A DNA stretch of 64,000 bases, from the NCBI GenBank assembly GCA_965221185.1, contig OZ244866.1, positions 1,366,901-1,430,900 on the forward strand. The letters run 5' to 3'. The notes under the pieces are model-generated. The model was not told where the DNA came from and did no database searches. It saw nothing but the letters and a program-made list of their open reading frames with translations. Below are positions 20,210 through 30,834 of the stretch, in pieces; within the stretch, counting starts at the first letter, position 1, and each line of letters opens with the position of its first letter. Made by a program: the position numbers and the translations under genes. The DNA comes from Candidatus Aldehydirespirator sp. (GTDB lineage: Bacteria; Actinomycetota; Acidimicrobiia; Acidimicrobiales; Aldehydirespiratoraceae).

Positions 20210-21235
20210 CTAGCTGCGCACCGGTGTGCGCCAGCCGAAGGGGTCTGGTGCCGCGCCCAGTTGGATGTCGGTGAGCGCTTGGCGTAGCCGCATGGTGTTG
20301 GGGCCCGGTTGCCCGTCACCGAGCGTGAGTGTGTTGCCTGCGTAGAGGACGGTGCCCACCGGTGCCAGACCGGCTCCGGTGCCCGACAGGAACGCCTCGC
20401 CTCGCTCGGACCAGTCGAGAAGCTCGTCGGGGTGAATTGAGCGTTCCTGCACTTCGTAGCCGAGTCGCCGGGCAAGTTGAATCACCGAGTCGCGGGTGAT
20501 GCCGTGGAGGAACGTTTCGTCGAGATGGCGGGTGACGACGCGTTCGTCGTCGGCGAGGAAGAAGTTCGAGGCTCCGGTTTCGGTGATGTCGCCGCCGGTG
20601 GCGAACAGCATCTGATCGACTGCCTCGTAGGCGGCCATCGCGTCCAGCGTGGCGCCCAGGGCCATCGCGTAGTTCGCGCCGCACTTCACCATCCCGAACT
20701 GGGGCACGGTACGTGGCAGCGACGTCTCCACCAGCAGCGTGAGCGGCCGTATCCCGCCTTTGAAGTAGTCGCCCACGGGGGAGTTCACGACATACAGCAG
20801 CGCGGAGCGGGTTGGGCGGGCCGCCGCGCCGATGTCGGCCTCTGTGCCGATCAGCGTCGGGCGGATGTACAGCGACCCGGGCGGGTCGGGAACCTCCCCG
20901 GCGTTGGCCTCGACTGCGTCGATGATCATCTGGCGCAGCGTGACGGGGTCGATCTCGGGCAGCCGCAGAAGGGCGGCGCTGGTGGCCATGCGAGCGACAT
21001 GGCTGTCGAGGCGGAAGATGGCCAGCGATCCGTCGGTTTGGCGGTGAGCCTTCAGCCCCTCGAAGATGGCGCTTCCGTAGTGCAGCACGTGCGCGGCGGG
21101 GCTGATCGTGAAGTCGCCGTAGGGCTCGGGCGAGCCGTCGTAGACGAACGGGCCGCCGTCGGCCTGGGCCGTGGTCGTCCAGTCGCACAGGATGGTCCCG
21201 AAGGGCACAGTGAACGGATCGGGCTTGCGGGTCAT
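20210..21235 (-). CDS. ilvE: Branched-chain amino acid aminotransferase (class IV)
   Basis: HYGSAIFEGLKA, YIRP and GMVKCGANYA motifs. ATG at 21235 chosen within the longer track ORF. Confidence 0.8.
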   Translation of the reverse strand: MTRKPDPFTVPFGTILCDWTTTAQADGGPFVYDGSPEPYGDFTISPAAHVLHYGSAIFEGLKAHRQTDGSLAIFRLDSHVARMATSAALLRLPEIDPVTLRQMIIDAVEANAGEVPDPPGSLYIRPTLIGTEADIGAAARPTRSALLYVVNSPVGDYFKGGIRPLTLLVETSLPRTVPQFGMVKCGANYAMALGATLDAMAAYEAVDQMLFATGGDITETGASNFFLADDERVVTRHLDETFLHGITRDSVIQLARRLGYEVQERSIHPDELLDWSERGEAFLSGTGAGLAPVGTVLYAGNTLTLGDGQPGPNTMRLRQALTDIQLGAAPDPFGWRTPVRS

Positions 21236-21505
21236 GGGTGCTCTCCTCCGGGCGGTGCAATGGTATAACCCGACCGCTCGGCGTATAGGAACGGCCGCTT
21301 GCGCCACGTGATCTGCAATTGCGGGCACACTTGCGCTGCCTCCAAGCACTCCGGCCGTGGCTCTAGAAACCGGGAGCTCAGTGAAGGGCAGATCGCGTAC
21401 TGCTGACCTTCGGCGGTCGCGAAGTGCCCATCGGCTGCGTAGCTGCGCGCCCTCTAGGTTTGCCGGTCCGGGACCACGACCCTCCAGCCGATCGGAAGGC
21501 GCACC

Positions 21506-22582
21506 GTGAGAGAGTTGACGATTGACGACATCGACGACCTCGCGCTGGGCGCGACGCTGCTGGGAACCGGGGGCGGCGGCGACCCGTATGTGGGGAAGCT
21601 CCTGGTCAAGCAGGCGATCGCCGATCACGGCCCGGCCGTGGTGGTGGATCCAGAAGATCTGCCCGACGACGGCCGCGTGCTGACCACGGCCATCATCGGC
21701 GCGCCGACGGTGATCCTGGAGAAGATCCCCGCAGGCACCGAGTTCCGAGCCGGCATCGGCGCCCTCGCGGCCTACATGGGCGAGGACCCGGTCGCGCTGA
21801 TGCCGATCGAGGTCGGGGGAGTCAACACGCTCGTCCCGATCGCGACCGCGGTGGAGATGGGGATCCCGATCATCGACGCCGACGGCATGAGGCGGGCATT
21901 CCCGCAGATCGAGATGACCGTCTTCACGCTGCACGGGCTGATGGCGGCACCGATGTCGATCGCCGACGAGAAGGGCAACATGTGCGTCTTCGAGGCCAAC
22001 ACCAACCAGACCGCGGAATCACTCGCCCGCGCCGCGGTGGTGCAGCTCGGCCTGGCCAACGCGCTCAGCTGCTACCCGATGACGGTGGCCGACGTGCGCC
22101 GGGCCGGCATCCGCGGCTCGCTCACGTACTGCACCGAAGTGGGCAAGCGCCTGGCGAGGGTGAAGCAGGGCGCGGACGGCGCCTGGGAGGAACTGTTGGC
22201 CTACACCGACGCCGCGCTGGTGTTCAACGGCAAGGTGATCGACATAGACCGCCGCACCACCGAGGGCTTCGCTAGGGGCACGGTCGTGCTCGAACACCTG
22301 CAGGACGCCAGTCGCACCATGCGGGTCGAGATCCAGAACGAGAACCTCATCGCGTTCGAGGAGGGCGAAGCAGTCGTTACGGTGCCCGACCTGCTGTGCC
22401 TGCTCGACCACGAGTCGGCCGATCCGATGACCACTGAGAGTCTTGCCTACGGGCAGCGCCTCAACGTGCTGGCCATGCCGTGCGCTCCCGAGTGGCACCG
22501 CGACGGGATGCTCGAACTCGTCGGCCCGCGGGCCTTCGGATACGACATCGACTACGTCGACTTCCGGGAGCCGCGACGATGA
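21506..22582 (+). CDS. DUF917 domain protein
   Basis: LALGATLLGTGGGGDPYVG N-terminal signature. Start-stop overlap with the next gene. Confidence 0.75.
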   Translation: MRELTIDDIDDLALGATLLGTGGGGDPYVGKLLVKQAIADHGPAVVVDPEDLPDDGRVLTTAIIGAPTVILEKIPAGTEFRAGIGALAAYMGEDPVALMPIEVGGVNTLVPIATAVEMGIPIIDADGMRRAFPQIEMTVFTLHGLMAAPMSIADEKGNMCVFEANTNQTAESLARAAVVQLGLANALSCYPMTVADVRRAGIRGSLTYCTEVGKRLARVKQGADGAWEELLAYTDAALVFNGKVIDIDRRTTEGFARGTVVLEHLQDASRTMRVEIQNENLIAFEEGEAVVTVPDLLCLLDHESADPMTTESLAYGQRLNVLAMPCAPEWHRDGMLELVGPRAFGYDIDYVDFREPRR

Positions 22583-24144
22583 GAGAGACGATGAAGGAAC
22601 TGAGGATCGGGGTCGACGTCGGAGGAACCAACACCGACGCGGTGGTGGTCGACCCGTCCGGCGGCGTGGTCGCGGCCGCCAAGACCGCGACCACGCCCGA
22701 GCCGATAGACGGCATCAAGTCGGCGGTCGCGGCCGTGCTGGCCCAGGTCGACGACCCGTCGGCGCTGGGCAAGGCCATGCTGGGCACCACCCACCCGACC
22801 AACGCCATCATCCGGCGCCAGGACCTCGACCGGGTGGGGGTGCTGCGTCTGGCCGCGCCGTCGTCGCTGGGGGTGCGTCCCAGCGCGGCGTGGCCCGAGG
22901 ACCTGCGAGACATAGTCATCGCCCGCAGCGAGATCGTGCGCGGAGGCTTCGAGTACGACGGCACCCCCATCGCGGACCTCGACGAGGACGCGGTGAGGCG
23001 CTTCGGAGCGGCCTGCGCTCGGGAGGTGACGGCCATCGCAGTCTCATGCGCCTTCAGTCCAGCCTCGATCGATCACGAGCTGCGCGCCGCGGAGCTGCTC
23101 GCCGAGGAGTGCGGCCCCGACCTCCCGGTGTCGCTGAGCCACACGGTGGGATCGCTGGGCCTGCTCGAACGCGAGAACGCCACCATCCTCAACGCCTCCC
23201 TGCTGACGGTGGCCAGACGGGTCGTCGAGGGGTTCCGCAACACGCTGGCCGAGGCCGGGCTGGAGGTGGAGAGCTTCCTGACCCAGAACGACGGCACCCT
23301 CATGGCCGTCGATGAGGCCGACAAGTACCCGGTCCTCACCGTCGGCTCGGGCCCCACCAACTCGATGCGGGGCGCCAGCGCCCTGGCCGGGCTCGCCGAC
23401 GCCCTCGTCATCGACGTGGGAGGAACGTCGGCGGACGTCGGGATCCTCGTCGACGGGTTCCCCCGCGAGTCGACCGCCGCTGTGGAAGTGGGCGGAGTGC
23501 GAACCAACTTCCGAATGCCCGACCTGATCTCGGTCGGGCTCGGAGGCGGCAGCATCGTACGAAACGGCGACGGCCTCACGGTCGGGCCCGACTCCGTCGG
23601 CTATGACGTGATCACCGAGGCCGTCTGCACGGGCGGCTCGACGCTGACCCTCTCGGACATCTCATTGGCATCGGGCCGCCTCGAGGGCTTCGGCGACCCT
23701 GCCCTGCTGGACGGTCTCGACGCTTCGCTGACGGCGGCCGCGATGGGCTGGGTGGACGAGCGGATTGGCGTCCTGTGCGAGCGGATGAAGGCTTCGAGCA
23801 CGCCGCTTCCCCTGATCGCCGTCGGTGGCGGCGCCCATCTGGTGCCCGAGACGCTGCGAGGCGTCAGCGAGGTGCTCTGGCCACCGCACCACTCCGTGGC
23901 CAACGCGTTCGGCGCGGCCATCGCCGAGGCGGCCGGATCGATCGACAAGGTCTACAGCTACGACTCAGCCGGCCGGGAGGAATGCCTGAGCAGCGCCCGG
24001 GAGGAGGCCGAGGACGCAGCCATCCGAGCCGGAGCCGACCCCCACAACGTGCGCATCACCAGGATCGTGGAGATACCCATGACCTATGTTCCCGGGGGCG
24101 GCTGCCGGGTCATAGTGAAGGCCGTCGGGCCGCTCGCCTCCTAG
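22579..24144 (+). CDS. Hydantoinase/oxoprolinase (HyuA-type) family protein
   Basis: IGVDVGGTNTDAVVV ASKHA-fold phosphate-1 motif and VIDVGGTSADV phosphate-2 motif. Confidence 0.8.
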   Translation: MRETMKELRIGVDVGGTNTDAVVVDPSGGVVAAAKTATTPEPIDGIKSAVAAVLAQVDDPSALGKAMLGTTHPTNAIIRRQDLDRVGVLRLAAPSSLGVRPSAAWPEDLRDIVIARSEIVRGGFEYDGTPIADLDEDAVRRFGAACAREVTAIAVSCAFSPASIDHELRAAELLAEECGPDLPVSLSHTVGSLGLLERENATILNASLLTVARRVVEGFRNTLAEAGLEVESFLTQNDGTLMAVDEADKYPVLTVGSGPTNSMRGASALAGLADALVIDVGGTSADVGILVDGFPRESTAAVEVGGVRTNFRMPDLISVGLGGGSIVRNGDGLTVGPDSVGYDVITEAVCTGGSTLTLSDISLASGRLEGFGDPALLDGLDASLTAAAMGWVDERIGVLCERMKASSTPLPLIAVGGGAHLVPETLRGVSEVLWPPHHSVANAFGAAIAEAAGSIDKVYSYDSAGREECLSSAREEAEDAAIRAGADPHNVRITRIVEIPMTYVPGGGCRVIVKAVGPLAS

Positions 24145-24165
24145 GCCGGACTCGCCCGGACCGAG

Positions 24166-25221
24166 ATGCGAACATCCGGCCCCAGCACCCTGGGACGAAC
24201 GGGGATGCGGGTAGCCGACGCCCACAACGACCTGCTCCTCGCCGTACTGCACCAACGGGAGCGCGGGCTGAGCGATCCTTTCGGGGACTTCTGGCTGCCA
24301 CGACTGCGGGCCGGCGGCGTGGCCCTGCAATTCCTCGCCGTCTTCACCGAGGACCAGCATGTGGGCGAGGGCGCGCTCCGCCGTGCGCTGCTCCTGATCG
24401 AGGAGGCTAGACGCATCGCCGACACCCATGGCGCCGACGTGGCCATCGTCGAGACTCGCCAGGATCTGGAACGGGTGCTCGCCTCGGGCCGGATAGCGCT
24501 CCTGCTCGCGATCGAGGGCTCAGAACCGGTCGGCCACAGCCTCGGCGTGCTCGAGACCTTCTGGCGCCTGGGCGTGAGGTGCATGTCGCTGACATGGAAC
24601 CGCCGCACGATGCTCGCCGACGGCGCAGGCGAGACGGCCACCGGCGCAGGGCTGACCGCGCTCGGTGCACAGGCTGTGGCCGAGATGGAGCGCCTCGGGA
24701 TGATCGTGGACGTGAGCCACCTGTCGAAGGCCGGCTTCGACCATGTGGCCGGCATCGCCACCCGCCCGTTCGTGGCGACCCACTCGTCGTGCCATTCGCT
24801 GCGCCCCCATCCGCGCAACCTCACCGACGACCAGCTCCGCGACGTGGCCGACTCCGGCGGCGTGGTGGGAATCAACTCCTTCGGCGGTTTCCTCTCAACC
24901 GGCACCCCAACCCTGAACCACTACCTGGCCCACATCGAGCACGCGGTCGGGGTGGCCGGCCCGGTGGCAGTCGGGCTGGGCTGCGACTTCATGGAGGACC
25001 TGATGGAGGTGCTCGATCCGATCCTGGGCGCCGGCCTCGTCGATCCTGCAGAAATGCCCTTCGTCGCCGGCATGCGGGACCCGTCGGACCTGGGACCCTT
25101 CACCGCTCGTCTGGAGCGCATGCTGGGCGCCGAGGCCGCCCGGCGGGTGGCAGGAGACAACTGGATAGAGCTCATGGGGCGGATGCTCCCATCTGAGAGC
25201 CCTGCTGCCCGCCGCGGGTAG
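24166..25221 (+). CDS. Membrane dipeptidase (peptidase M19 family)
   Basis: VADAHNDLL and DVSHLS motifs. The in-frame ATG at 24205 is an alternative start. Confidence 0.8.
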   Translation: MRTSGPSTLGRTGMRVADAHNDLLLAVLHQRERGLSDPFGDFWLPRLRAGGVALQFLAVFTEDQHVGEGALRRALLLIEEARRIADTHGADVAIVETRQDLERVLASGRIALLLAIEGSEPVGHSLGVLETFWRLGVRCMSLTWNRRTMLADGAGETATGAGLTALGAQAVAEMERLGMIVDVSHLSKAGFDHVAGIATRPFVATHSSCHSLRPHPRNLTDDQLRDVADSGGVVGINSFGGFLSTGTPTLNHYLAHIEHAVGVAGPVAVGLGCDFMEDLMEVLDPILGAGLVDPAEMPFVAGMRDPSDLGPFTARLERMLGAEAARRVAGDNWIELMGRMLPSESPAARRG

Positions 25222-25234
25222 TAGAAACTCGTCG

Positions 25235-26818
25235 GTGCCTGATTCCGGCCTGCGGCCCAGACCCGTCACCCTGAGACAGCTGCTGGCGGCCGGGGCGCTG
25301 GGCGAGAGCCGAGTCGTCGCGGGGGACACCGGCCTGGAGCGGATCGTGGAAGACGTGCTGGTGACGGACCGCTGCGACTCGGCCACCCCGATCTCGCCGG
25401 GCCTACTGGTTCTTCTGGACGCCAGGGGACTGCGCCCCAACTCCTATGCGCTCGACGTCGCCCTGCGAAGCGTCAGAGACGGCGAGGGTGCCGGTCTCGT
25501 CGCCGTGAACGCGGTGTCGGCCACCGGCATCGCCACCCGGCGGCTGGCCGACCGCTTCGGCACGGTTCTCGTCGAGACGGAAGTGCCCGACATGCTGGCC
25601 GCGGCCGCGGCAGCGCGCGAGCTCGTGATGCAGCCCGCCGTGCACCAGGCGGCAATGATGGCCAGGCTGCTGCGCGGCCTCGCCAGAGCAACCACAGTGC
25701 CGGACACCCTGACGCTCGTCTCGGACATCCTCGGGCGCCCGTGCTCACTGGTCGAGGCCAGCGGCGCGGTCATCGCGGGACCCCGAATGTCAGTAGAGCC
25801 CCAGGCTCTGAGACAGCACTCGTATCACTCCCCGGAAGTCGGCGCCGGGGGCGAGCCCGGAATGGTATGCCCCGTCGTCGTCGTGCCCGGCGAGTCCGTC
25901 CGATTCTGGCTCGTGTGCCTTCTGGGCGACGCCGACGACGTGCTGCAGCGGGCGGGCCTGGACCTGCTCGGGGTGGCCTCCTGGGCGGTGGGAGCCAACC
26001 TGGTGCGCGACCGCCTCGTCATGGAGCACGACGCCCGGCACCGCCTCGCCCTGCTCAACGAAGTGGTCGGCAGCGGCGAACTGCCCGACGAGGCGATCCT
26101 CGCCCAGATGGCCACCTTCGGGTGGTCGGCCGCGGGATGGATCAGCGCCTTCCATGTCCAGCTCTCCGGCCCGGCGGACTCCAACTGGGTGCTCGTCAAC
26201 ACCGATGTCCTCGCCGAGACGCTGCAAGCAGTGGGCATCGACGGTCCGCTCATCGAGAGGACCGACGGCTGGTCGGGCTGGGTATGCGCAGTGACCGAAC
26301 CCCCGGTGGGCGACTACCAGCAACTGGCGAGAAGCCTGCGCGATGCGCTGTCGACCCTGGTGGCCGACTCGCCCGGCGTGGGTGCGCACGCGGGGGTGGG
26401 CCGGCCCGCGACTGGGCTCCAGGGGCTGAGAGCGGGCCTCACCGAAGCCCGGCAGGCCGCGGCCCTGGCCGGCGCGGGCGGAAGGCGGGTGACGGTTCGC
26501 CACATCGACGAGCTCGGCATCCAACGCATCATGTTGGGTTGGTACGGGTCGGCCGACTTCGGCCGCGTGGTGGCCGCCTTCCTCGAACCGCTGGTCAGCG
26601 CGGACGCCGACGGCGTGCTCCTGCGCACGCTGCAGGTGTACCTGGACTGCCAATCCTCCTCGACGAGCGCCGCGGCTGCGCTCGGTGTGCACCGCAACAC
26701 GGTGATGAAACGGATCGACCGCATCGCGTCCACGCTCAACGTCAACCTCCACGACCCGGATCAGCGGCTCGCGCTCCAACTCGTGGTCCGGATGCACCGC
26801 CTCGATCAGCCAAGCTGA
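25235..26818 (+). CDS. PucR/CdaR family transcriptional regulator
   Basis: C-terminal PucR HTH: LQVYLDCQSSSTSAAAALGVHRNTVMKRIDRI. Confidence 0.8.
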   Translation: MPDSGLRPRPVTLRQLLAAGALGESRVVAGDTGLERIVEDVLVTDRCDSATPISPGLLVLLDARGLRPNSYALDVALRSVRDGEGAGLVAVNAVSATGIATRRLADRFGTVLVETEVPDMLAAAAAARELVMQPAVHQAAMMARLLRGLARATTVPDTLTLVSDILGRPCSLVEASGAVIAGPRMSVEPQALRQHSYHSPEVGAGGEPGMVCPVVVVPGESVRFWLVCLLGDADDVLQRAGLDLLGVASWAVGANLVRDRLVMEHDARHRLALLNEVVGSGELPDEAILAQMATFGWSAAGWISAFHVQLSGPADSNWVLVNTDVLAETLQAVGIDGPLIERTDGWSGWVCAVTEPPVGDYQQLARSLRDALSTLVADSPGVGAHAGVGRPATGLQGLRAGLTEARQAAALAGAGGRRVTVRHIDELGIQRIMLGWYGSADFGRVVAAFLEPLVSADADGVLLRTLQVYLDCQSSSTSAAAALGVHRNTVMKRIDRIASTLNVNLHDPDQRLALQLVVRMHRLDQPS

Positions 26819-26971
26819 CCCCGACGCATCTCGCGTCCAGCCGTCCCCCAGCCCGGTGCGAGAAGTGCACTACTTCGCACTGCTTTGGCAGCGATCTGCC
26901 CATTGAGACCCCTCTTCGGGGTTCCGTACCGTGCCTATCAGGCTCACACAACCCATCGCGAGGGGGATCCG

Positions 26972-28180
26972 ATGAAGGTACGACATGCAGTGAGGCTCCT
27001 AGGCGCCGTCCTGGCGCTCGCTCTGCTGGCCGCGGCGTGCGGCGACGACGAGGCTCCCAGCGAGCCCGCCGGCGCGAGTGTCGACGGCAGCGGCGAGGGG
27101 GCGACTCCCGCCGATGACGAGTCGCCGGACGACGCCGCCGCGACGCCCGCCGACACCCCGGAGACGACAGACGACGATGGCACGTCCGTGGAGGCACCCG
27201 CGGAACAGGAAGCCACCACCACGACCGCCGAGGCGCCGGACGAGGAACCGTCCGAGACGGAAGAGCCCGCCGAGCCGACCCGAATCGCCTACCTCTCGGC
27301 CAGCTCGGCCAACACGTTCCTGCTGGCGTCGGTGGGGGAGATGCAGCGCCTCGCCGATGAGAACAACATCGAGCTGTTCGAGTTCGACGCCCAGTTCAAC
27401 GCCGACCTGCAGACAACGCAGTTCCAGGACGCGGTGGCCAGCGGCCAGTACGACGGGGTCATCCTCGTCGCGCTGAACGGGCCCGGACTCGTCCCCGACG
27501 TGGAGACGGCCCTCGATGCCGGGCTCGAGGTGGTGCTGTTCAACCAGATCGTCGGCGACGACCTGTCCACCAACGAGCCCCAAGTGGAAGGGATAGCGGC
27601 ATCCGTTCTGGCCCCGCCCGTCGTCACCGGCGAGCGGGCCGGGCGGCTCACCATTCAGGCCTGCGCGGGACTCGATCCGTGCCGGGTCGTGTACATCTTC
27701 GGCATCCGCGGCATTCCACTGGACGTGGCTCTGCGCCAGGGGTTCGACAGCGTGGTGGCCGGCGAGCCCAACATCGAGATCGTCGCCGAGGGCGAGGGCC
27801 AGTACCTGGGCCCAGAGGGCGGGATCAACGCCATCCAGGACATCCTGCAGGCCCAGCCGGACTTCGACGTGGTGGTCGGCGCCGACCAGCCGCTTCAAGG
27901 CATCGAGCTGGTGCTCACCGACGAGGGGAAGCTCGACGACGTCGCGCTGATCGGCCTCGGAGGTTCGTCGCCCGCCATCGAGGGAATCCGGGACGGACGG
28001 TGGTTCGCGACCGTGTTCTACGCACCGGCCAGCGAAGGCCGTCTGGCCATGGAGGCCATGATCGCGGCGCTCGCCGACGGCACCTACACGGGCGGCGTGG
28101 ACCCCAACGGCGGCTTCGTCGATGAAGGCATGGTCACCTCGGCCAACGTCGACCAGTTCACCCCGGAGTGGGATGGCTGA
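26972..28180 (+). CDS. Sugar ABC transporter substrate-binding lipoprotein with a long acidic linker
   Basis: Signal peptide with lipobox LLAAAC, then ~80 D/E/T/P-rich residues, then a periplasmic-binding-protein type I fold (RIAYLSASSANTF...). Confidence 0.8.
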   Translation: MKVRHAVRLLGAVLALALLAAACGDDEAPSEPAGASVDGSGEGATPADDESPDDAAATPADTPETTDDDGTSVEAPAEQEATTTTAEAPDEEPSETEEPAEPTRIAYLSASSANTFLLASVGEMQRLADENNIELFEFDAQFNADLQTTQFQDAVASGQYDGVILVALNGPGLVPDVETALDAGLEVVLFNQIVGDDLSTNEPQVEGIAASVLAPPVVTGERAGRLTIQACAGLDPCRVVYIFGIRGIPLDVALRQGFDSVVAGEPNIEIVAEGEGQYLGPEGGINAIQDILQAQPDFDVVVGADQPLQGIELVLTDEGKLDDVALIGLGGSSPAIEGIRDGRWFATVFYAPASEGRLAMEAMIAALADGTYTGGVDPNGGFVDEGMVTSANVDQFTPEWDG

Positions 28181-29813
28181 CCCTCAGCCCGACGAGCCCG
28201 CTCACCAGAACGCGCCCGTTCAAGGCGAGCCCGCTCACAACAACGGGCCCGCTCATATCGAGCTGCGCGGAGTATCCAAGCGGTTCGGCTCCACCCAGGC
28301 CGTCGATTGCGCCGACATCTCCATCCGGCGCGGCTGCATCCATGCCCTCGTAGGAGAGAACGGCGCGGGCAAGTCCACGGTCGGCAAGATCATCTCCGGC
28401 GTGCACGCCGCCGACAGCGGATCGGTGCTCGTCAACGGCCGCCAATGCAGGTTCCGCTCGCCCAGGCAGGCCTTCGCGGCGGGCATCACCACGATCTCCC
28501 AGGAGCTGGCGCTCGTACCGGATCGCAGCGTGGCCGACAACGTGTTCCTGGGAGTCGAGTCGACACGCTGGGGATTCGTAGCTCGCCGCGACACGACGAA
28601 GCGGTTCCGGGCTCTCGTCGAGCAAACGGGCATCTCGATCGATCCGGCGGTGAGCGTCAGGAGCCTCAGCGTCGCTGACCAGCAGCGCGCCGAGATCCTG
28701 CGGGCGGCAGCGCGCCGAGCCGAGTTCGTGATCCTGGACGAGCCCTCGGCCCGGCTCTCCGCAGAGGAGCGCGGCCAACTGCACCGCCTCGTGCGCTCCC
28801 TGCGCGACCAGAACATCACGGTCCTGTTCATCTCGCACTTCCTCGACGAAGTCCTAGAGCTCGCCGATGCCATCACAGTCATGCGCGACGGCCGCGTGGT
28901 GAGAACCTCCGAACCGTCGTCGCAGACGGCCGGCTCCCTCGTCGAAGCGATGATCGGGCGCAAGCTCGAAGGGAACTTCCCGCCCAAGCCTCCGCGCCCG
29001 GACCCGGCTCTCAGTCCTGTGCTCAGGGTCAGAGGTCTCATGCACGCCGGCCTTGCGGGATCGACCCCCGAAGGCTCCCGGCGCGCCGCAACGGAGCTAG
29101 CAATGGCGCCGAGAGGAATCGACCTCGATGTGCTCCCCGGCGAGATAGTCGGCATCGCGGGGCTCGTCGGATCCGGCCGCACCGAGCTCATCAGATCCGT
29201 CTACGGAGCCGACAAAGCCCCCGCCGGCACGGTAGAGGTCCTGGGCCAGCGCGTCGACCGGTCCAAGCCCCGCCAAGCGATCAACCTCGGCATGGGCCTC
29301 ATTCCCGAAACCCGCAAGGAGCAGGGGCTGCTGATGGACCGCAGCCTCCGCGAGAACGTGAGCCTCCCGCACCTGCGCCGCGTCAGGAGGGCAGGGCTGA
29401 TGTCGCCCCGCTCCGAACGCGACCTCGTGTCGGCCGCGGCGTCGAGCGCCGGGGTGCGAGGCGGCGACCTGGAAACCCCGGTCAGGCTGCTGTCGGGAGG
29501 CAACCAGCAGAAGAGCCTCTTCGCGCGCTGGATGACCCCGGGCCTGAGGGTGCTCATCGCGGACGAGCCCACACGGGGCGTCGACGTGGGCTCCAAGCGC
29601 TCCATATACGACCTGATCGCCTCCGCGGCCTGCGACGGCCTCGCCGTACTGCTGGTCTCCTCGGAGCTGGAGGAGCTGGTCGGTCTGTGCCATCGGGTGA
29701 TCGTGATGCGCGACGGCCGCTTCGTGGCCGAGTTCGCTCACCCCGACCTGGACGAGGCGCAGATCCTGCGGCACGCCTTCGGCGAGAGGGCCGCCGACCG
29801 GCAAGCCCCATGA
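28173..29813 (+). CDS. Sugar ABC transporter ATP-binding protein with two nucleotide-binding domains (RbsA type)
   Basis: GENGAGKST and ILDEPSA in domain 1. GLVGSGRTE, LSGGNQQK and LIADEPTRGVD in domain 2. Confidence 0.85.
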   Translation: MADPQPDEPAHQNAPVQGEPAHNNGPAHIELRGVSKRFGSTQAVDCADISIRRGCIHALVGENGAGKSTVGKIISGVHAADSGSVLVNGRQCRFRSPRQAFAAGITTISQELALVPDRSVADNVFLGVESTRWGFVARRDTTKRFRALVEQTGISIDPAVSVRSLSVADQQRAEILRAAARRAEFVILDEPSARLSAEERGQLHRLVRSLRDQNITVLFISHFLDEVLELADAITVMRDGRVVRTSEPSSQTAGSLVEAMIGRKLEGNFPPKPPRPDPALSPVLRVRGLMHAGLAGSTPEGSRRAATELAMAPRGIDLDVLPGEIVGIAGLVGSGRTELIRSVYGADKAPAGTVEVLGQRVDRSKPRQAINLGMGLIPETRKEQGLLMDRSLRENVSLPHLRRVRRAGLMSPRSERDLVSAAASSAGVRGGDLETPVRLLSGGNQQKSLFARWMTPGLRVLIADEPTRGVDVGSKRSIYDLIASAACDGLAVLLVSSELEELVGLCHRVIVMRDGRFVAEFAHPDLDEAQILRHAFGERAADRQAP

Positions 29814-30783
29814 CCGACGCCGCCGCGCCGCTTCGTCCCCCGGGAGCGGGCCGGTATCTCGGCGGGCTGGCTCGCTATGGCATCGTCTGGGTGACGCTCG
29901 CGCTGTTCGTGCGCTGGCCGCCACCACCGACGGCTTCCTCACCGGCCCGAACCTCCGGAACGTGCTCGACCAGCAGGCGACGCTCCTCATCGCGGCCTCG
30001 GTCGCCACCCTCACCATGATCGCAGGCGGTTTCGACGTGTCGGTCTCAGCGGTTGCGGTAGCGGCTCCGCTGGTGGCGCTGAGGGTGGAGAACGCCACCG
30101 GCTCGGTCGCGCTGGCTCTACTGGCAGGGTGCGCGCTCGGCCTGGCCGTCGGCGCAGCCAACGGCACGATCGTGGCGTTCGCCCGCATCAACTCCTTCAT
30201 CACGACGCTCGCCACGTCGTTCATCGTGTTCGGCATCGGATACGTCGTCAGCGAGCGCAGCATCCTGCGACCCTCCGGCGACACCTTCCGCAGCATCGCC
30301 CGCACACGCTTCATGGAGCTCACCACCGCTACCTGGATATCGCTGGGAGTGGTGGCGCTGGCCTGGGCCGCGCTGGCTGGCACACGCTTCGGTCGCCACG
30401 TCTACGCCACGGGCGGCAACGCCGAGGCGGCCAGGCTCTCCGGCGTGCGCACACGGCAGGTTGTGGTGACCGTGTTCGCACTGTCGGGGCTCGCCGCCGG
30501 CCTGGCCGGCGTGGTAGCTGCGTCGAGGACGATCAGCGCCACGCCGTCCGACGACTTCAGCTTCGTGTTCGGGGTCATCGCGGCCATCGTCGTGGGCGGC
30601 ACCTCGATCGCCGGCGGCACGGGCGCGGTGTGGAGGACGCTGCTCGGCGCCTTCTTCATCGCCTTCATGGTCAACGGGTTCAACCTGCATCAGATCGACC
30701 CGATCTGGCAGCGGATCATCCAAGGCCTTGTGATCCTCGTAGCCGTAGCCACTGACGCCTGGTCGAGAGCCCGGCGCACCTAG
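29810..30783 (+). pseudogene. Ribose-type ABC permease with an apparent 1-nt frameshift near 29912
   Basis: Frame A from ATG 29810 reads MTDAAAPL...GIVWVTLALFV. Frame B continues LAATTDGFLTGPNLRNVLDQQATLLIAAS... to 30783. Together they give a normal RbsC-type N-terminus. This could be a sequencing error. Confidence 0.7.
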
Positions 30784-30834
30784 CTCGGACCGACTCAGCC
30801 CCAACATCAACCCAACAACCAGAAGGGAATCACA

